Shown here in pieces: positions 28,579 through 38,855 of a stretch of 64,000 nt of DNA. A program made the translations under genes and the position numbers. The notes below the pieces were generated by a model. It did not search any database. It was not told the origin of the DNA and saw only the letters and a program-made list of their open reading frames with translations. Source of the DNA: an uncultured Bacteroidales bacterium (GTDB lineage Bacteria; Bacteroidota; Bacteroidia; Bacteroidales; UBA7960); the NCBI GenBank assembly GCA_964614525.1, contig CAZTPA010000006.1, positions 6,285 to 70,284 of the forward strand, read 5' to 3'. The number at the start of each line of letters is the position of its first letter. The first letter of the stretch is position 1.

Positions 28579-30684
28579 ATGTCTCATGACATTTTTGAAA
28601 CTCCAATTGAGTTTTTAAAAGGTGTAGGCCCTCAAAGAGCTGATCTTTTAAAGGATGAAGTTGATATATTTGTTTTTAAAGACCTTCTGTACTTTTTCCC
28701 TTTTCGATATATAGATCGAAGCAAATTTTACAAAATCAGTGAAATTAGTGACGACTTGCCATATATTCAACTCCGAGGTTTTATATCTAACATTGAACTT
28801 CATGGGGCAAAGCGTACGAACAGGATGACTGCCACCTTTTCTGATCCCTCAGGTCAAATTGAGTTAGTATGGTTTAAGGGCTTTAAGTGGTTAAAAAACA
28901 GCTTTAAACCTAATGTGGAATATATTGTTTTTGGTAAGCCAACAAAATTTGGCAACAAAATAAATATTGTACATCCTGAAATTGAAATAGTTGACGCTGA
29001 ATCCCTTAGTCAGCTTTCTTCGATGCAAGCTGTTTACAGTTCTACAGAAAAATTAAAAAGCAAAGGACTTGACAGCAAAGGTATAAGCAAATTAATGAGA
29101 AACTTATTGCCAAGAGTTGAAGATTTAATTCCGGAGACTTTAAACAAAGAAATAATATCAACATTAAAACTTATTTCAAGAAAAGAAGCCATAAGAAATA
29201 TCCACTTTCCTGAAAATACCTTAAAGATGAAGCAGGCAATTTCAAGGCTTAAGTTTGAGGAATTGTTTTATCTTCAGATGAGTTTACTGAAATTAAAAAC
29301 TGACAGGGATATAAAATTAAAGGGGCACATATTTAATAAGCTAGGTGATTCTTTTCATAACTTCTATAATCTCAATTTACCATTCGAACTAACAAATGCA
29401 CAGAAAAGAGTATTAAAAGAAATTCGTTCTGATACTTTATCCGGAAAACAAATGAACCGTTTATTGCAGGGAGATGTTGGCAGCGGCAAAACAATTGTTG
29501 CATTAATGACAATGCTCATGGCTAATGACAACGGTTTTCAGGCATGTTTAATGGCTCCTACAGAAATTCTTGCCCAACAACATCATACGAATATTCTTAA
29601 GCTGCTTAAAAATTTAGATATAAAGATTGCTCTTTTAACCGGCTCGACAAGAACTGCCGAAAGAAAAGAAATTTTTAGCAAGCTAGCGTCAAAAGAGATT
29701 AATATTTTAATAGGAACTCATGCTCTTATTGAAGATAAAGTAGTTTTTTCGAATTTGGGAATGGTGGTTATTGATGAACAGCATCGCTTTGGAGTTGCTC
29801 AAAGAGCAAAATTATGGGCAAAAACTGCAAGTCCGCCACATGTTCTTGTTATGACAGCTACTCCGATACCAAGAACATTAGCAATGACTCTTTATGGTGA
29901 TTTAGATGTTTCTGTAATTGATGAACTACCGCCGGGAAGAAAGTCAATAAAAACAATTCATCAATACGATTCAAACAGGCTGAAGGTTTTTGGCTTCATG
30001 AAAGATCAAATTAAAAAGGGAAGGCAAATATATGTAGTATATCCACTAATAAAAGAGTCAGAAAAGCTGGATTTAAAACATCTTACAGATGGTTATGAAA
30101 GTATCTCAAGAGAATTCCCAATGCCGCAATATATTGTTAGCATATTGCACGGTCAAATGAAACCGGCAGATAAAGATTTTGAAATGCAGCGATTTGTTAA
30201 GGGAGAAACGCAAATAATGGTTGCAACAACCGTTATTGAAGTAGGTATTGACGTTCCGAATGCGTCGGTAATGGTTATAGAAAGTGCCGAGCGCTTTGGT
30301 TTATCTCAATTGCATCAGCTTCGCGGAAGGGTTGGAAGAGGCTCTGACCAGTCATACTGCATATTGATGACAGCTGATAAGTTAAGCAATGATGCAAGAA
30401 TAAGAATTAAGTCAATGGTAGAAACAAATGATGGATTTGAAATTGCTGAGACAGATTTGAAGCTGAGAGGTCCCGGGGATATCCGTGGAACTCAGCAAAG
30501 TGGTATGATAGATCTAAAAATTGCTGATATTGCAAAAGACGAAAAAATATTGCATTTTGCAAGAGGATTGGCAAGGGCAGTTCTCGAAAAAGATCCGGAG
30601 TTAAGCAATCCTGAAAATAAAATTATTAAAGAAACTTTAAAGAAGCTAAATAAACACAAAAGCATGTGGAGCCGAATAAGCTAA
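28579..30684 (+). CDS. recG: ATP-dependent DNA helicase RecG
   Basis: 701 aa. Wedge/OB N-terminus, GDVGSGKT, DEQHRFG, TATPIPRT and QLHQLRGRVGRG motifs. Confidence 0.95.
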   Translation: MSHDIFETPIEFLKGVGPQRADLLKDEVDIFVFKDLLYFFPFRYIDRSKFYKISEISDDLPYIQLRGFISNIELHGAKRTNRMTATFSDPSGQIELVWFKGFKWLKNSFKPNVEYIVFGKPTKFGNKINIVHPEIEIVDAESLSQLSSMQAVYSSTEKLKSKGLDSKGISKLMRNLLPRVEDLIPETLNKEIISTLKLISRKEAIRNIHFPENTLKMKQAISRLKFEELFYLQMSLLKLKTDRDIKLKGHIFNKLGDSFHNFYNLNLPFELTNAQKRVLKEIRSDTLSGKQMNRLLQGDVGSGKTIVALMTMLMANDNGFQACLMAPTEILAQQHHTNILKLLKNLDIKIALLTGSTRTAERKEIFSKLASKEINILIGTHALIEDKVVFSNLGMVVIDEQHRFGVAQRAKLWAKTASPPHVLVMTATPIPRTLAMTLYGDLDVSVIDELPPGRKSIKTIHQYDSNRLKVFGFMKDQIKKGRQIYVVYPLIKESEKLDLKHLTDGYESISREFPMPQYIVSILHGQMKPADKDFEMQRFVKGETQIMVATTVIEVGIDVPNASVMVIESAERFGLSQLHQLRGRVGRGSDQSYCILMTADKLSNDARIRIKSMVETNDGFEIAETDLKLRGPGDIRGTQQSGMIDLKIADIAKDEKILHFARGLARAVLEKDPELSNPENKIIKETLKKLNKHKSMWSRIS

Positions 30685-30724
30685 AAAAAGAGCCAAAATC
30701 TTAAAGGATTTTGGCTCTTTTTTT
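30683..30724. terminator. Bidirectional terminator between recG and tonB
   Basis: A-run + agagccaaaatc/ttaaag/gattttggctct + T-run. Confidence 0.8.
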
Positions 30725-30739
30725 AATTATATAAATTTC

Positions 30740-31414
30740 CTAATTCAACACGAATCTGATTGGCATTCTGTATTGTACTCTAACAGGCTGATTTCTTTGC
30801 CTTCCTGGTTTCCAGTTCGGCATATTTTTAACAACCCTTATTGCTTCCTGATCACATCCTCCACCAATTCCACGGAGAATTTCTACGTTTGTCACACTGC
30901 CGTCTTTTTCAACAACAAAAGTAACAAACACAGAACCCTGAATTCCTGATTCTCTGGCAATTGTAGGATACCTGATATTATCCCTTAAATATTTCATCAT
31001 TGCTTCCTGTCCTCCGGGAAATTCCGGATTTTCCTCTACAATTTCAAAAATATAATCTTCTTCAACTTCTTCTTCTTCAGCAATAAAAGGAGTAAATTCT
31101 TTAACTTCTGTTTCAGCAGTTGCCTCAACATCTACTATAAATTCCTCTTCTATTTCAACATCATCATCAACGATAACGAGTTCGGTTGAAGGTTCCGGCG
31201 GAGGTGGTGGAGGCGGCTCCTCCGGTCTTGTAATAGGTATATCTTCTTCTTCAATAAAATCCGCTTCTAAATTACCCAGATCATATTCAGTCCTTTCGTA
31301 TGTTTTCCATTCAAAAGCAACCAGAACACCAACTAAGGTCAGGATAATACCAATCTGAAGAAATACGCTTTTCTTCCTTTCAAGATCAGCTTTGGGTGTC
31401 TTTTTGATTTCCAT
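30740..31414 (-). CDS. tonB: Energy transducer TonB
   Basis: 224 aa. N-terminal TM anchor, Pro-rich spacer (EEPPPPPPPEP), acidic linker, TonB_C domain (GIQGSVFVTFVVEKDGSV...GGGCDQEAIRVV). Confidence 0.85.
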   Translation of the reverse strand: MEIKKTPKADLERKKSVFLQIGIILTLVGVLVAFEWKTYERTEYDLGNLEADFIEEEDIPITRPEEPPPPPPPEPSTELVIVDDDVEIEEEFIVDVEATAETEVKEFTPFIAEEEEVEEDYIFEIVEENPEFPGGQEAMMKYLRDNIRYPTIARESGIQGSVFVTFVVEKDGSVTNVEILRGIGGGCDQEAIRVVKNMPNWKPGRQRNQPVRVQYRMPIRFVLN

Positions 31415-31507
31415 ATTTCTATATATTAAAATTAAAAGCTATTGTTTTATACTAATTCAAATAATTTCAAGAGCGCTAATATACGAAAAAATAAAATTAC
31501 TAAAATC

Positions 31508-31915
31508 TTATTTTTTCAAAAACTTAAACACTTTTATGTAACCAACTGTTTCAAAGTATTTAAAAATAATAATACCTGTAAAAACTCCGATTAAATTCGC
31601 TACAAAATCATAAAAATCGGCATTCCTGCTATCAAACAAAAAATGTTGCAATATTTCGGTTATTCCACTAAAAAGCAATCCAGAAATAAAAACAGTAGTG
31701 TAATAGTTGTTTTTATGTTTAGAACTCTCTTTTTTATAATAGAAACCTACATGCAATAAAAACGCAAAAATTGCAAATATTATTATGTGTACAATTTTAT
31801 CAAAATATGGAATATCAAATATTCCACTTGGAGGTATTGTACTTTCGGGAATACTAATAATAAAAAAAATTATTAAAGCCCAAAAGATTGCAGGAATAAA
31901 ACTTTTTAACGGCAT
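31508..31915 (-). CDS. VanZ family membrane protein
   Basis: 135 aa with 4 TM helices. DKIVHIIIFAIFAFLL and EILQHFL..R.ADFYDFVANLIG patterns. Confidence 0.7.
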   Translation of the reverse strand: MPLKSFIPAIFWALIIFFIISIPESTIPPSGIFDIPYFDKIVHIIIFAIFAFLLHVGFYYKKESSKHKNNYYTTVFISGLLFSGITEILQHFLFDSRNADFYDFVANLIGVFTGIIIFKYFETVGYIKVFKFLKK

Positions 31916-31935
31916 CCAAAAAAAATCAGAAATTT

Positions 31936-32313
31936 TTATCCTACTAATTCTTTATACTGATCAGCAGAAAGCAAGTCGCTTTTTTGACCGGGATCAGTTA
32001 ATTTGATTTTTGCAATCCAGCCTTTGCCATATGGATCTTTATTTACAATATCAGGAGTACTTTCTATTTCTTCATTAAACTCAAGTACCTCTCCTGATAC
32101 AGGCATAAAAAGATCTGATACCGTTTTTACTGCTTCAATAGTGCCGAAAGCATCTTCTTGTTCAAGAGTTTCGCCAATACTATCTACCTCAATATAAACT
32201 ATATCTCCAAGTTCATTTTGAGCGAAATCAGTAATACCAATGTAGGCTTCGTCACCTTCAACTTTAAGCCATTCATGATCTTTTGTGTACAGTAATTCTT
32301 CAGGAAAATTCAT
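31936..32313 (-). CDS. gcvH: Glycine cleavage system protein H
   Basis: 125 aa. Lipoyl-lysine context [18 protein letters not shown] and the HEWLKVEG start motif. Confidence 0.95.
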   Translation of the reverse strand: MNFPEELLYTKDHEWLKVEGDEAYIGITDFAQNELGDIVYIEVDSIGETLEQEDAFGTIEAVKTVSDLFMPVSGEVLEFNEEIESTPDIVNKDPYGKGWIAKIKLTDPGQKSDLLSADQYKELVG

Positions 32314-32408
32314 AATTTTCTAAATATTAAAAGTGAATTATATTTTAAGATTGAGGTTCAAAAATACAATCTTTTTTGCAAGAAAAATCAGAAATATTGC
32401 ATTTATTT

Positions 32409-32729
32409 TTATAATAATCCCATATCAAGCTTTGCTGCATCAGAAATCAAATCTAAAGACCACTGAGGTTCAAATACGAGTTTGATTATAACATCATTAA
32501 CTCCCTCAATATTTTTTACAACATTTTTAACATTATTAGGCATACTATCAGCAACAGGACAATTGGGATTAGTGAGAGTCATCACAATCTCTACAAAATT
32601 ATTATTGTCGATATTTATTTCATATATTAATCCCAAATCATAAATATTCACAGGTATCTCAGGATCATGTACTGTTTTTAAGGCTTTAATAATTTCCTTT
32701 TCTAATTCTTGTTTCTCATTATCATTCAT
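32409..32729 (-). CDS. sufT: DUF59/MIP18-family Fe-S assembly protein (SufT-like)
   Basis: 106 aa. VHDPEIPVNIYDLGLIY and TLTNPNCPVAD motifs. Located at the distal end of the suf cluster. Confidence 0.8.
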   Translation of the reverse strand: MNDNEKQELEKEIIKALKTVHDPEIPVNIYDLGLIYEINIDNNNFVEIVMTLTNPNCPVADSMPNNVKNVVKNIEGVNDVIIKLVFEPQWSLDLISDAAKLDMGLL

Positions 32730-32740
32730 AGCAAATAATT

Positions 32741-33160
32741 TTATGACTTGGACTTAAAAGCAATTGCATAAAGCTTCATTTGCTTAATCATGCTAACTAA
32801 ACCATTAGATCTGGTTGGTGAAAGATGCTCCTTGAGTCCTATTTTATCAATAAAGTCTAACTCAGCATTTATTATTTCGTCAGGACGTTGACCTGATAAA
32901 ACCCTAATAAGTATATGGACTATGCCTTTCGTTATTAAAGCATCGCTATCGGCCGTAAAATAAACTTTACCATCATCCATTTTGGCATGCAGCCATACTT
33001 GAGATTGGCAGCCACTGATTAAGAATTGTTTGTTTTTGTATTTTTCATCAATCGGCGGTACGCTCTTTCCCAGCTCTATTATATAATTATACTTATCGAG
33101 CCAATCATCAAACATCTCGAATTCTGAAATAATTTCTTGTTCTTTTTCTTTAATACTCAT
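32741..33160 (-). CDS. sufE: SufE-family sulfur acceptor protein
   Basis: 139 aa. Active-site context FLISGCQSQVWL. Confidence 0.85.
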   Translation of the reverse strand: MSIKEKEQEIISEFEMFDDWLDKYNYIIELGKSVPPIDEKYKNKQFLISGCQSQVWLHAKMDDGKVYFTADSDALITKGIVHILIRVLSGQRPDEIINAELDFIDKIGLKEHLSPTRSNGLVSMIKQMKLYAIAFKSKS

Positions 33161-33183
33161 AGCAGAATTTTTTTTGATTATAA

Positions 33184-33666
33184 TTATTCTGTTTTAAATA
33201 ATTCTTTCTTTTCTTCTGCTTTTAATTGCAAGTCGGAAGCAGTTTTAAATGGGCTGGGCTTACTAATTAGAAAAAACACAAGACCCATTGCAGCAATATA
33301 TATCAAATTTGTATCTGCTGTAATTACAAAAATCAAACAAACACTTATGATTGCTGATGCAGTGATTGCGAATCTAAAAAACAAAGCTTTATAATATAAT
33401 ATCATCTTGGCATTAAGTACCAAATCTTTATCTATTTTTTTTATGGCATTCTGAGGTATAATAAAAGCTATTGGCAAATGAATTAATAAGCTGGCAATAG
33501 CAATATATTTTAGAATGTCTAAAGTATTTTTGTTTATGTCAATAAAGGGTCCGTAATAATTCTCTGATAATGAGCTAATTAACAATACCAAAATTGCAGA
33601 AAAAAAGAAAAAGCTAAACTTAACGTTTAATAAACGTTGAATTTGTGCCGGTGATTTGTTTTCCAT
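33184..33666 (-). CDS. Hypothetical membrane protein embedded in the suf cluster
   Basis: 160 aa with 4 predicted TM helices. No recognisable motifs. Tight spacing with sufS and sufE on the same strand. Confidence 0.4.
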   Translation of the reverse strand: MENKSPAQIQRLLNVKFSFFFFSAILVLLISSLSENYYGPFIDINKNTLDILKYIAIASLLIHLPIAFIIPQNAIKKIDKDLVLNAKMILYYKALFFRFAITASAIISVCLIFVITADTNLIYIAAMGLVFFLISKPSPFKTASDLQLKAEEKKELFKTE

Positions 33667-33716
33667 TATTTTTTTTTGATGTTTTTACTTTAAAAATATT
33701 TATATATGAATAAAAA

Positions 33717-34937
33717 TCAAGTAAACATTTCCCTGATTTTCTTAAGTGCACTAATTAAAACATCAATCTCTTCATTTTTATTATAGGCAGCAACTGACAA
33801 TCTAACAGTACCATAAATATTAAAAAAATCAATAACCGGCTGAGCACAATGATGACCGGTTCGCATTGCTATGCCGAACTTATCCAGGATTGTACCTGTG
33901 TCATAAGGATGAATATCTTCAAAGATAAAAGAAATCAAGCTGGCTCTTTTTGACGCATTGCCAATAAATCTAATATTATCTAGTTTTTCTAATTCATTAT
34001 AAGCATAATTAAGCAAACTATTTTCATGGTCAGCGATATTATCAATGCCTATATCTTCAACAAATTTAAGAGCTTGTTCAAAACCCAAAACATCACCTAC
34101 ATTAGGTGTTCCTGCTTCAAATTTGAAAGGTAATTCATTATAAGTTGTTTTGTCAAAAGAAACATCTTTAATCATTTCACCCCCACCTTGATATGGAGGC
34201 AATTTATCAAGCCATTCTTCTTTTCCATATAATACACCAATGCCCATTGGACCATATATTTTATGAGATGACATACAGTAGAAATCACAATCCAAATCTT
34301 TTACATCAACCTTAATGTGAGATACAGCCTGTGCTCCATCAATTAATACAGGGATGTTATTTTTATGAGCAGTACTAATAATCTTCTTAATGGGATTAAT
34401 TGTGCCGAGAGAATTACTAACATGAGCTAATGCAATAAGTTTTGTCTTGTCATTAATTAAATTATCAATTTCATCTAAGAGCAATTCTCCTTTTTCATTA
34501 ATCGGAATAACCTTTAATTCCGCGCCTTTGTCTTCACACGCCATTTGCCATGGAACTATATTTGAATGATGTTCCATTGCTGAAATCAAAACCTGATCGC
34601 CTTTATTTAGAAATTTTTTGGAAAAAGTACTTGCAACAAGATTGATTGACTCTGTAGTTCCACGAGTAAATATAATCTCATGAGAATGAGTTGCATTTAA
34701 AAATTTCTGAACAGTTTTTCTTGTTTCTTCATACGCTTCAGTGGCAAGCTGGCTTAAATAGTGGGCACCTCTATGAATATTTGAATTTTCTTCACTATAA
34801 TAATTTGAAATTCTATCAATTACGACCTTGGGCTTTTGAGTTGTAGCAGCATTGTCAAAATAAACCAAAGGATGATTATTCACCTGTCTTTGGAGAATTG
34901 GAAATTGACTTCTAATTTCTTCAATATTATAGTTCAT
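33717..34937 (-). CDS. sufS: Cysteine desulfurase, SufS subfamily
   Basis: 406 aa. PLP-lysine SSHKIYGP, and the active-site RTGHHCAQP. Confidence 0.95.
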   Translation of the reverse strand: MNYNIEEIRSQFPILQRQVNNHPLVYFDNAATTQKPKVVIDRISNYYSEENSNIHRGAHYLSQLATEAYEETRKTVQKFLNATHSHEIIFTRGTTESINLVASTFSKKFLNKGDQVLISAMEHHSNIVPWQMACEDKGAELKVIPINEKGELLLDEIDNLINDKTKLIALAHVSNSLGTINPIKKIISTAHKNNIPVLIDGAQAVSHIKVDVKDLDCDFYCMSSHKIYGPMGIGVLYGKEEWLDKLPPYQGGGEMIKDVSFDKTTYNELPFKFEAGTPNVGDVLGFEQALKFVEDIGIDNIADHENSLLNYAYNELEKLDNIRFIGNASKRASLISFIFEDIHPYDTGTILDKFGIAMRTGHHCAQPVIDFFNIYGTVRLSVAAYNKNEEIDVLISALKKIREMFT

Positions 34938-34949
34938 AATAAAAAGAAT

Positions 34950-36332
34950 TTATAATTTATCCATATCAATATTGAATATGGCAGACTCCTTGTTATTACA
35001 ATGCAACAAGCACTGATCACAAATCGACAACTCACCACGAAGTCGTTTTTGCACCATCATATCCAAGCTCTCGCGCAATGCAGGAATTGAAATTTTATTA
35101 ACCACTTCAGAAGCAAAGGCATACATTAATAATTGCATTGCGGTTTTTTCACAAAGTCCTCTTGAGTGGAGATAAAACAGCGCATCCTGGTCAAGCTGTC
35201 CAACGGTAGCACCATGACTACATTTAACGTCATCAGCATAAATTTCAAGATGAGGCTGAGTATAAACTATTGCATCATCGGTAAGTAGAATATTTCTGTT
35301 ATTTTGATGTGCTTCTGTTTTTTGCGAATCTTTTCTAACCAAAACTTTTCCGGTAAAAACAGCTTTTGCGTTGTCGTCTAAAATACCTTTATAAAGCTGA
35401 TTTGAAAAATTTTCTTCATTAACATGATCAACAAAAACCTGATTATCTACTTGCTGGTTATTATCCATCAAATACAAACCATACAAATTAGTTTCGCAAT
35501 GCTTCCCTTCAATACTAACATCAACATTATTTTTTGTAAAGCCTCCATTTAGTGTAATTGCATTGGCTATTAGCTTACTTCCTGTACCTTGCTTAAAGAA
35601 TAAGTTTGTTATCAAATTTGAGTTCTCTCCCATATTTTGAACTTTGTAATGCTCAAGTTCAGAATTTTCACCAAGGAATATTTCAGAAACAGTATTTGTA
35701 AAACTCAAACCATGAACAAGACTATCATCACAATGGAGTAATGTTAATTTAGAGTTTTTGCCCAGAACTATCAGGTGTCTTGGTTGTAAAAACAAATTAT
35801 CCCTTGAGTTTACAACGTTAATTATTTGTATGGGTTTTTCAATCTCAACATTATCCGGTACATAAATAAACAAACCATCTTGCAAAAAAGCTGTATTAAG
35901 AGAAACAAGTCCGGGTTTTTCAAGTTTAGCCGTTTTACCAAGATATTTCTCTATAATTTCCGGATATACTTCCATTGCTTTAGACAAACCACCAATAATG
36001 GTTCCGTTTTGAAGCTCAGTAATTGCAGCATTGTTGTAAACATACCAGCCATTCAGCATTGTTACACTAAAGGTATCAAGATCAAAAACATCACAGCAAA
36101 ATATTTTGTCAACATCTAAACTACGACTCTGATTTGAAAAGTCAAACTTGTAATCAAAAGATAATATTCTTTCAATATTTGAATGTTTCCAATTTTCATC
36201 TTTTGCAGTAGGAAGTCCCTGATGAACAAGAACACCTATTGCCTTTTCTCTGAGTTGCTTTACTGCTTCAGGAGAATTCGCATTAATCAATGATTCATTC
36301 TGTTTGTATAGCTCAAGAATTTGATCTTTCAT
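34950..36332 (-). CDS. sufD: Fe-S cluster assembly protein SufD
   Basis: 460 aa. The beta-helix C-terminal half (LEIYADDVKCSHGATVGQLD) is typical of SufB/D. Confidence 0.9.
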   Translation of the reverse strand: MKDQILELYKQNESLINANSPEAVKQLREKAIGVLVHQGLPTAKDENWKHSNIERILSFDYKFDFSNQSRSLDVDKIFCCDVFDLDTFSVTMLNGWYVYNNAAITELQNGTIIGGLSKAMEVYPEIIEKYLGKTAKLEKPGLVSLNTAFLQDGLFIYVPDNVEIEKPIQIINVVNSRDNLFLQPRHLIVLGKNSKLTLLHCDDSLVHGLSFTNTVSEIFLGENSELEHYKVQNMGENSNLITNLFFKQGTGSKLIANAITLNGGFTKNNVDVSIEGKHCETNLYGLYLMDNNQQVDNQVFVDHVNEENFSNQLYKGILDDNAKAVFTGKVLVRKDSQKTEAHQNNRNILLTDDAIVYTQPHLEIYADDVKCSHGATVGQLDQDALFYLHSRGLCEKTAMQLLMYAFASEVVNKISIPALRESLDMMVQKRLRGELSICDQCLLHCNNKESAIFNIDMDKL

Positions 36333-36363
36333 TAACCGGCTATATTTAAATTATTAAAAAATA

Positions 36364-37125
36364 TTATTTACTATTACTAATTACTTCTTTTTTTATCCAT
36401 TCATAGCCTTTTTTCTCAAGCTCCAATGCAAGTTCTTTCGTGCCACTTTTAACAATTCGTCCATCATAAAGAACATGAACAAAGTCAGGAATAATAAAAT
36501 CCAGTAATCTTTGGTAGTGAGTAATTACAATTGCTGCATTATCAGGTCTTTTTAAAGCATTAACACCATTAGCAACAATTCTCAAAGCATCTATATCCAA
36601 TCCAGAGTCCGTTTCGTCTAGTATTGCAAGTTTTGGTTCCAGCATTGCCATTTGGAATATTTCATTCTTTTTCTTCTCACCACCTGAAAATCCTTCATTT
36701 ACAGAACGGTTTGTAAGATTAGACTGAATTTCAACAACTTTCTTTTTTTCTTCCATAAGCTTAAGGAACTCTGCACCTGTTAATGGCTCCAAGCCAAAAT
36801 ACTTTCTTTTTTCATTAATGGCAGTACGCATAAAATTTACCATACTAACTCCGGGTATTTCCACAGGATATTGAAAACCCAAAAATACACCTTCTTTAGA
36901 TCTTATATCCGGCGGCATTTCCAAAAGATTTTTATTCATATAAGAAATATCACCCGAATCCACAGTAAAAACTTCCCTTCCGGCAATAACAGAAGCCAAG
37001 GTACTTTTTCCCGATCCATTTGGACCCATAATAGCATGAACTTCCCCGGCTTTTACCTCAAGGTTAAAATCCTTTAAGATTATTTTACCATCAATTGAAA
37101 CTTGTAAGTCTTTTATTTTAAGCAT
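36364..37125 (-). CDS. sufC: Fe-S cluster assembly ATPase SufC
   Basis: 253 aa. GPNGSGKST, FSGGEKKKNEI and LAILDETDSGLD motifs. Confidence 0.95.
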   Translation of the reverse strand: MLKIKDLQVSIDGKIILKDFNLEVKAGEVHAIMGPNGSGKSTLASVIAGREVFTVDSGDISYMNKNLLEMPPDIRSKEGVFLGFQYPVEIPGVSMVNFMRTAINEKRKYFGLEPLTGAEFLKLMEEKKKVVEIQSNLTNRSVNEGFSGGEKKKNEIFQMAMLEPKLAILDETDSGLDIDALRIVANGVNALKRPDNAAIVITHYQRLLDFIIPDFVHVLYDGRIVKSGTKELALELEKKGYEWIKKEVISNSK

Positions 37126-37165
37126 ATTATGATTACTTTATATTATTATAATAAACAATAAATAA

Positions 37166-38629
37166 CTAGCCAACACTACCTTCAAGGCTAATATTCAGAA
37201 GTTTTTGTGCCTCTACAGCAAACTCCATTGGTAGTTTTTTAAGGACATCTTTGGCGTAGCCATTAACTATCAGTCCTATTGCACTTTCCATATCAATACC
37301 TCTTTGCAGGCAATAAAACAACTGATCTTCGGAAATTTTACTGGTAGTTGCTTCATGTTCAACAATTGAAGATTTATTTCCAACTTCTATATATGGAAAA
37401 GTATGTGCCCCACATTTATCACCAAGTAATAATGAATCACACTGGGAAAAGTTTCTAGCATTCTCCGCATTTTTGGAGGTTTTAACAAGACCTCTATAGC
37501 TGTTATTACTATGTCCTGCAGAAATCCCTTTACTGATAATAGTACTTTTCGTATTTTTTCCCAGGTGAATCATCTTAGTACCGGTATCAGCCTGCTGCAT
37601 ATTGTTTGTAACGGCAACAGAATAAAATTCCCCTGATGAATTATCTCCTTTAAGAATTAGACTAGGATACTTCCAGGTAACTGCAGATCCGGTTTCTACC
37701 TGAGTCCAGGAAATTTTCGAATTATCTCCTTTGCAAATTCCTCTTTTAGTAACAAAATTATAGACACCGCCTTTGCCCTTCTTATCACCGGGCCACCAAT
37801 TCTGGACAGTAGAGTATTTTACTTCTGCATCTTCATGTGCTATTATTTCAACAATAGCCGCATGAAGCTGATTCTCGTCACGAATAGGTGCTGTACATCC
37901 TTCCATATAGCTAACATAACTGCCTTTTTCTGCAATTATGAGAGTACGTTCAAATTGACCTGTATTTGCGGCATTGATTCTAAAATATGTAGATAGTTCA
38001 AGAGGGCACCGCACTCCTTCCGGAATAAAGCAAAATGAACCATCACTAAATACCGCTGAGTTTAATGCTGAAAAAAAGTTATCAGTATAAGAAACAACAG
38101 ATCCCATATATTTCTTTACCAAATCCGGATGATTTTGCAGAGCTTCACTAAAGCTACAAAATATAATACCTTTTTCAGCTAAAGTAGATTGAAAAGTAGT
38201 TTTTACAGAAACAGAATCAATAACGGCATCAACAGCCACTCCGGCTAGAATTTTTTGTTCATCTAGAGGGATTCCAAGTTTATTAAATGTTTCAACTAAT
38301 TCCGGATCAACCTCATCCAAACTTTCATATTTTGGCTTCTTTTTTGGAGCTGCATAATAAATAATATCCTGATAATCTATTTTATGATAATCGACATGAG
38401 CCCATGTTGGTTCTTCCAATGTTTGCCAATGTTTAAAGGCTTTCAGTCTAAAATCCAACATAAATTTGGGTTCATTCTTTTTTGCAGAAATAAACCTGAC
38501 AGTATCTTCAGTAAGGCCCTTTGGAGCCTGATCAAGTTCCATATCAGTATAAAAACCATACTTATATTCCTCATTGGCAAACTTATTAAGTGCCTTATTA
38601 TTCTCTTCAGTATCTGACATATTCAACAA
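37166..38629 (-). CDS. sufB: Fe-S cluster assembly protein SufB
   Basis: 487 aa. SYMEGCTAP, and [22 protein letters not shown]. The start is either 38629 or the Met three codons downstream. Confidence 0.95.
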   Translation of the reverse strand: MLNMSDTEENNKALNKFANEEYKYGFYTDMELDQAPKGLTEDTVRFISAKKNEPKFMLDFRLKAFKHWQTLEEPTWAHVDYHKIDYQDIIYYAAPKKKPKYESLDEVDPELVETFNKLGIPLDEQKILAGVAVDAVIDSVSVKTTFQSTLAEKGIIFCSFSEALQNHPDLVKKYMGSVVSYTDNFFSALNSAVFSDGSFCFIPEGVRCPLELSTYFRINAANTGQFERTLIIAEKGSYVSYMEGCTAPIRDENQLHAAIVEIIAHEDAEVKYSTVQNWWPGDKKGKGGVYNFVTKRGICKGDNSKISWTQVETGSAVTWKYPSLILKGDNSSGEFYSVAVTNNMQQADTGTKMIHLGKNTKSTIISKGISAGHSNNSYRGLVKTSKNAENARNFSQCDSLLLGDKCGAHTFPYIEVGNKSSIVEHEATTSKISEDQLFYCLQRGIDMESAIGLIVNGYAKDVLKKLPMEFAVEAQKLLNISLEGSVG

Positions 38630-38786
38630 TCACATTTAATAAAAATTAAGCGAAGATAACCTTGCCGCTATCTTGTTGTCTTTATTTAGATTGACTTAAA
38701 ACTAATTCACAAAGATAACAAACATGGGTCTTTAATTCAAACCACTAAAGATATAATTTTGTTTGAATAAATTTTTCTTTGCATCA

Positions 38787-38820
38787 TAAAAAACAGCACA
38801 TAAATATATTATATGCTGTT
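38787..38820 (-). terminator. Rho-independent terminator after proS
   Basis: On the minus strand: aacagcatata..tatgtgctgtt (one mismatch) followed by T6. Confidence 0.55.
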
Positions 38821-38855
38821 CTGGACTGTTTCATTAAAATGAAAGAAAAAAAACA

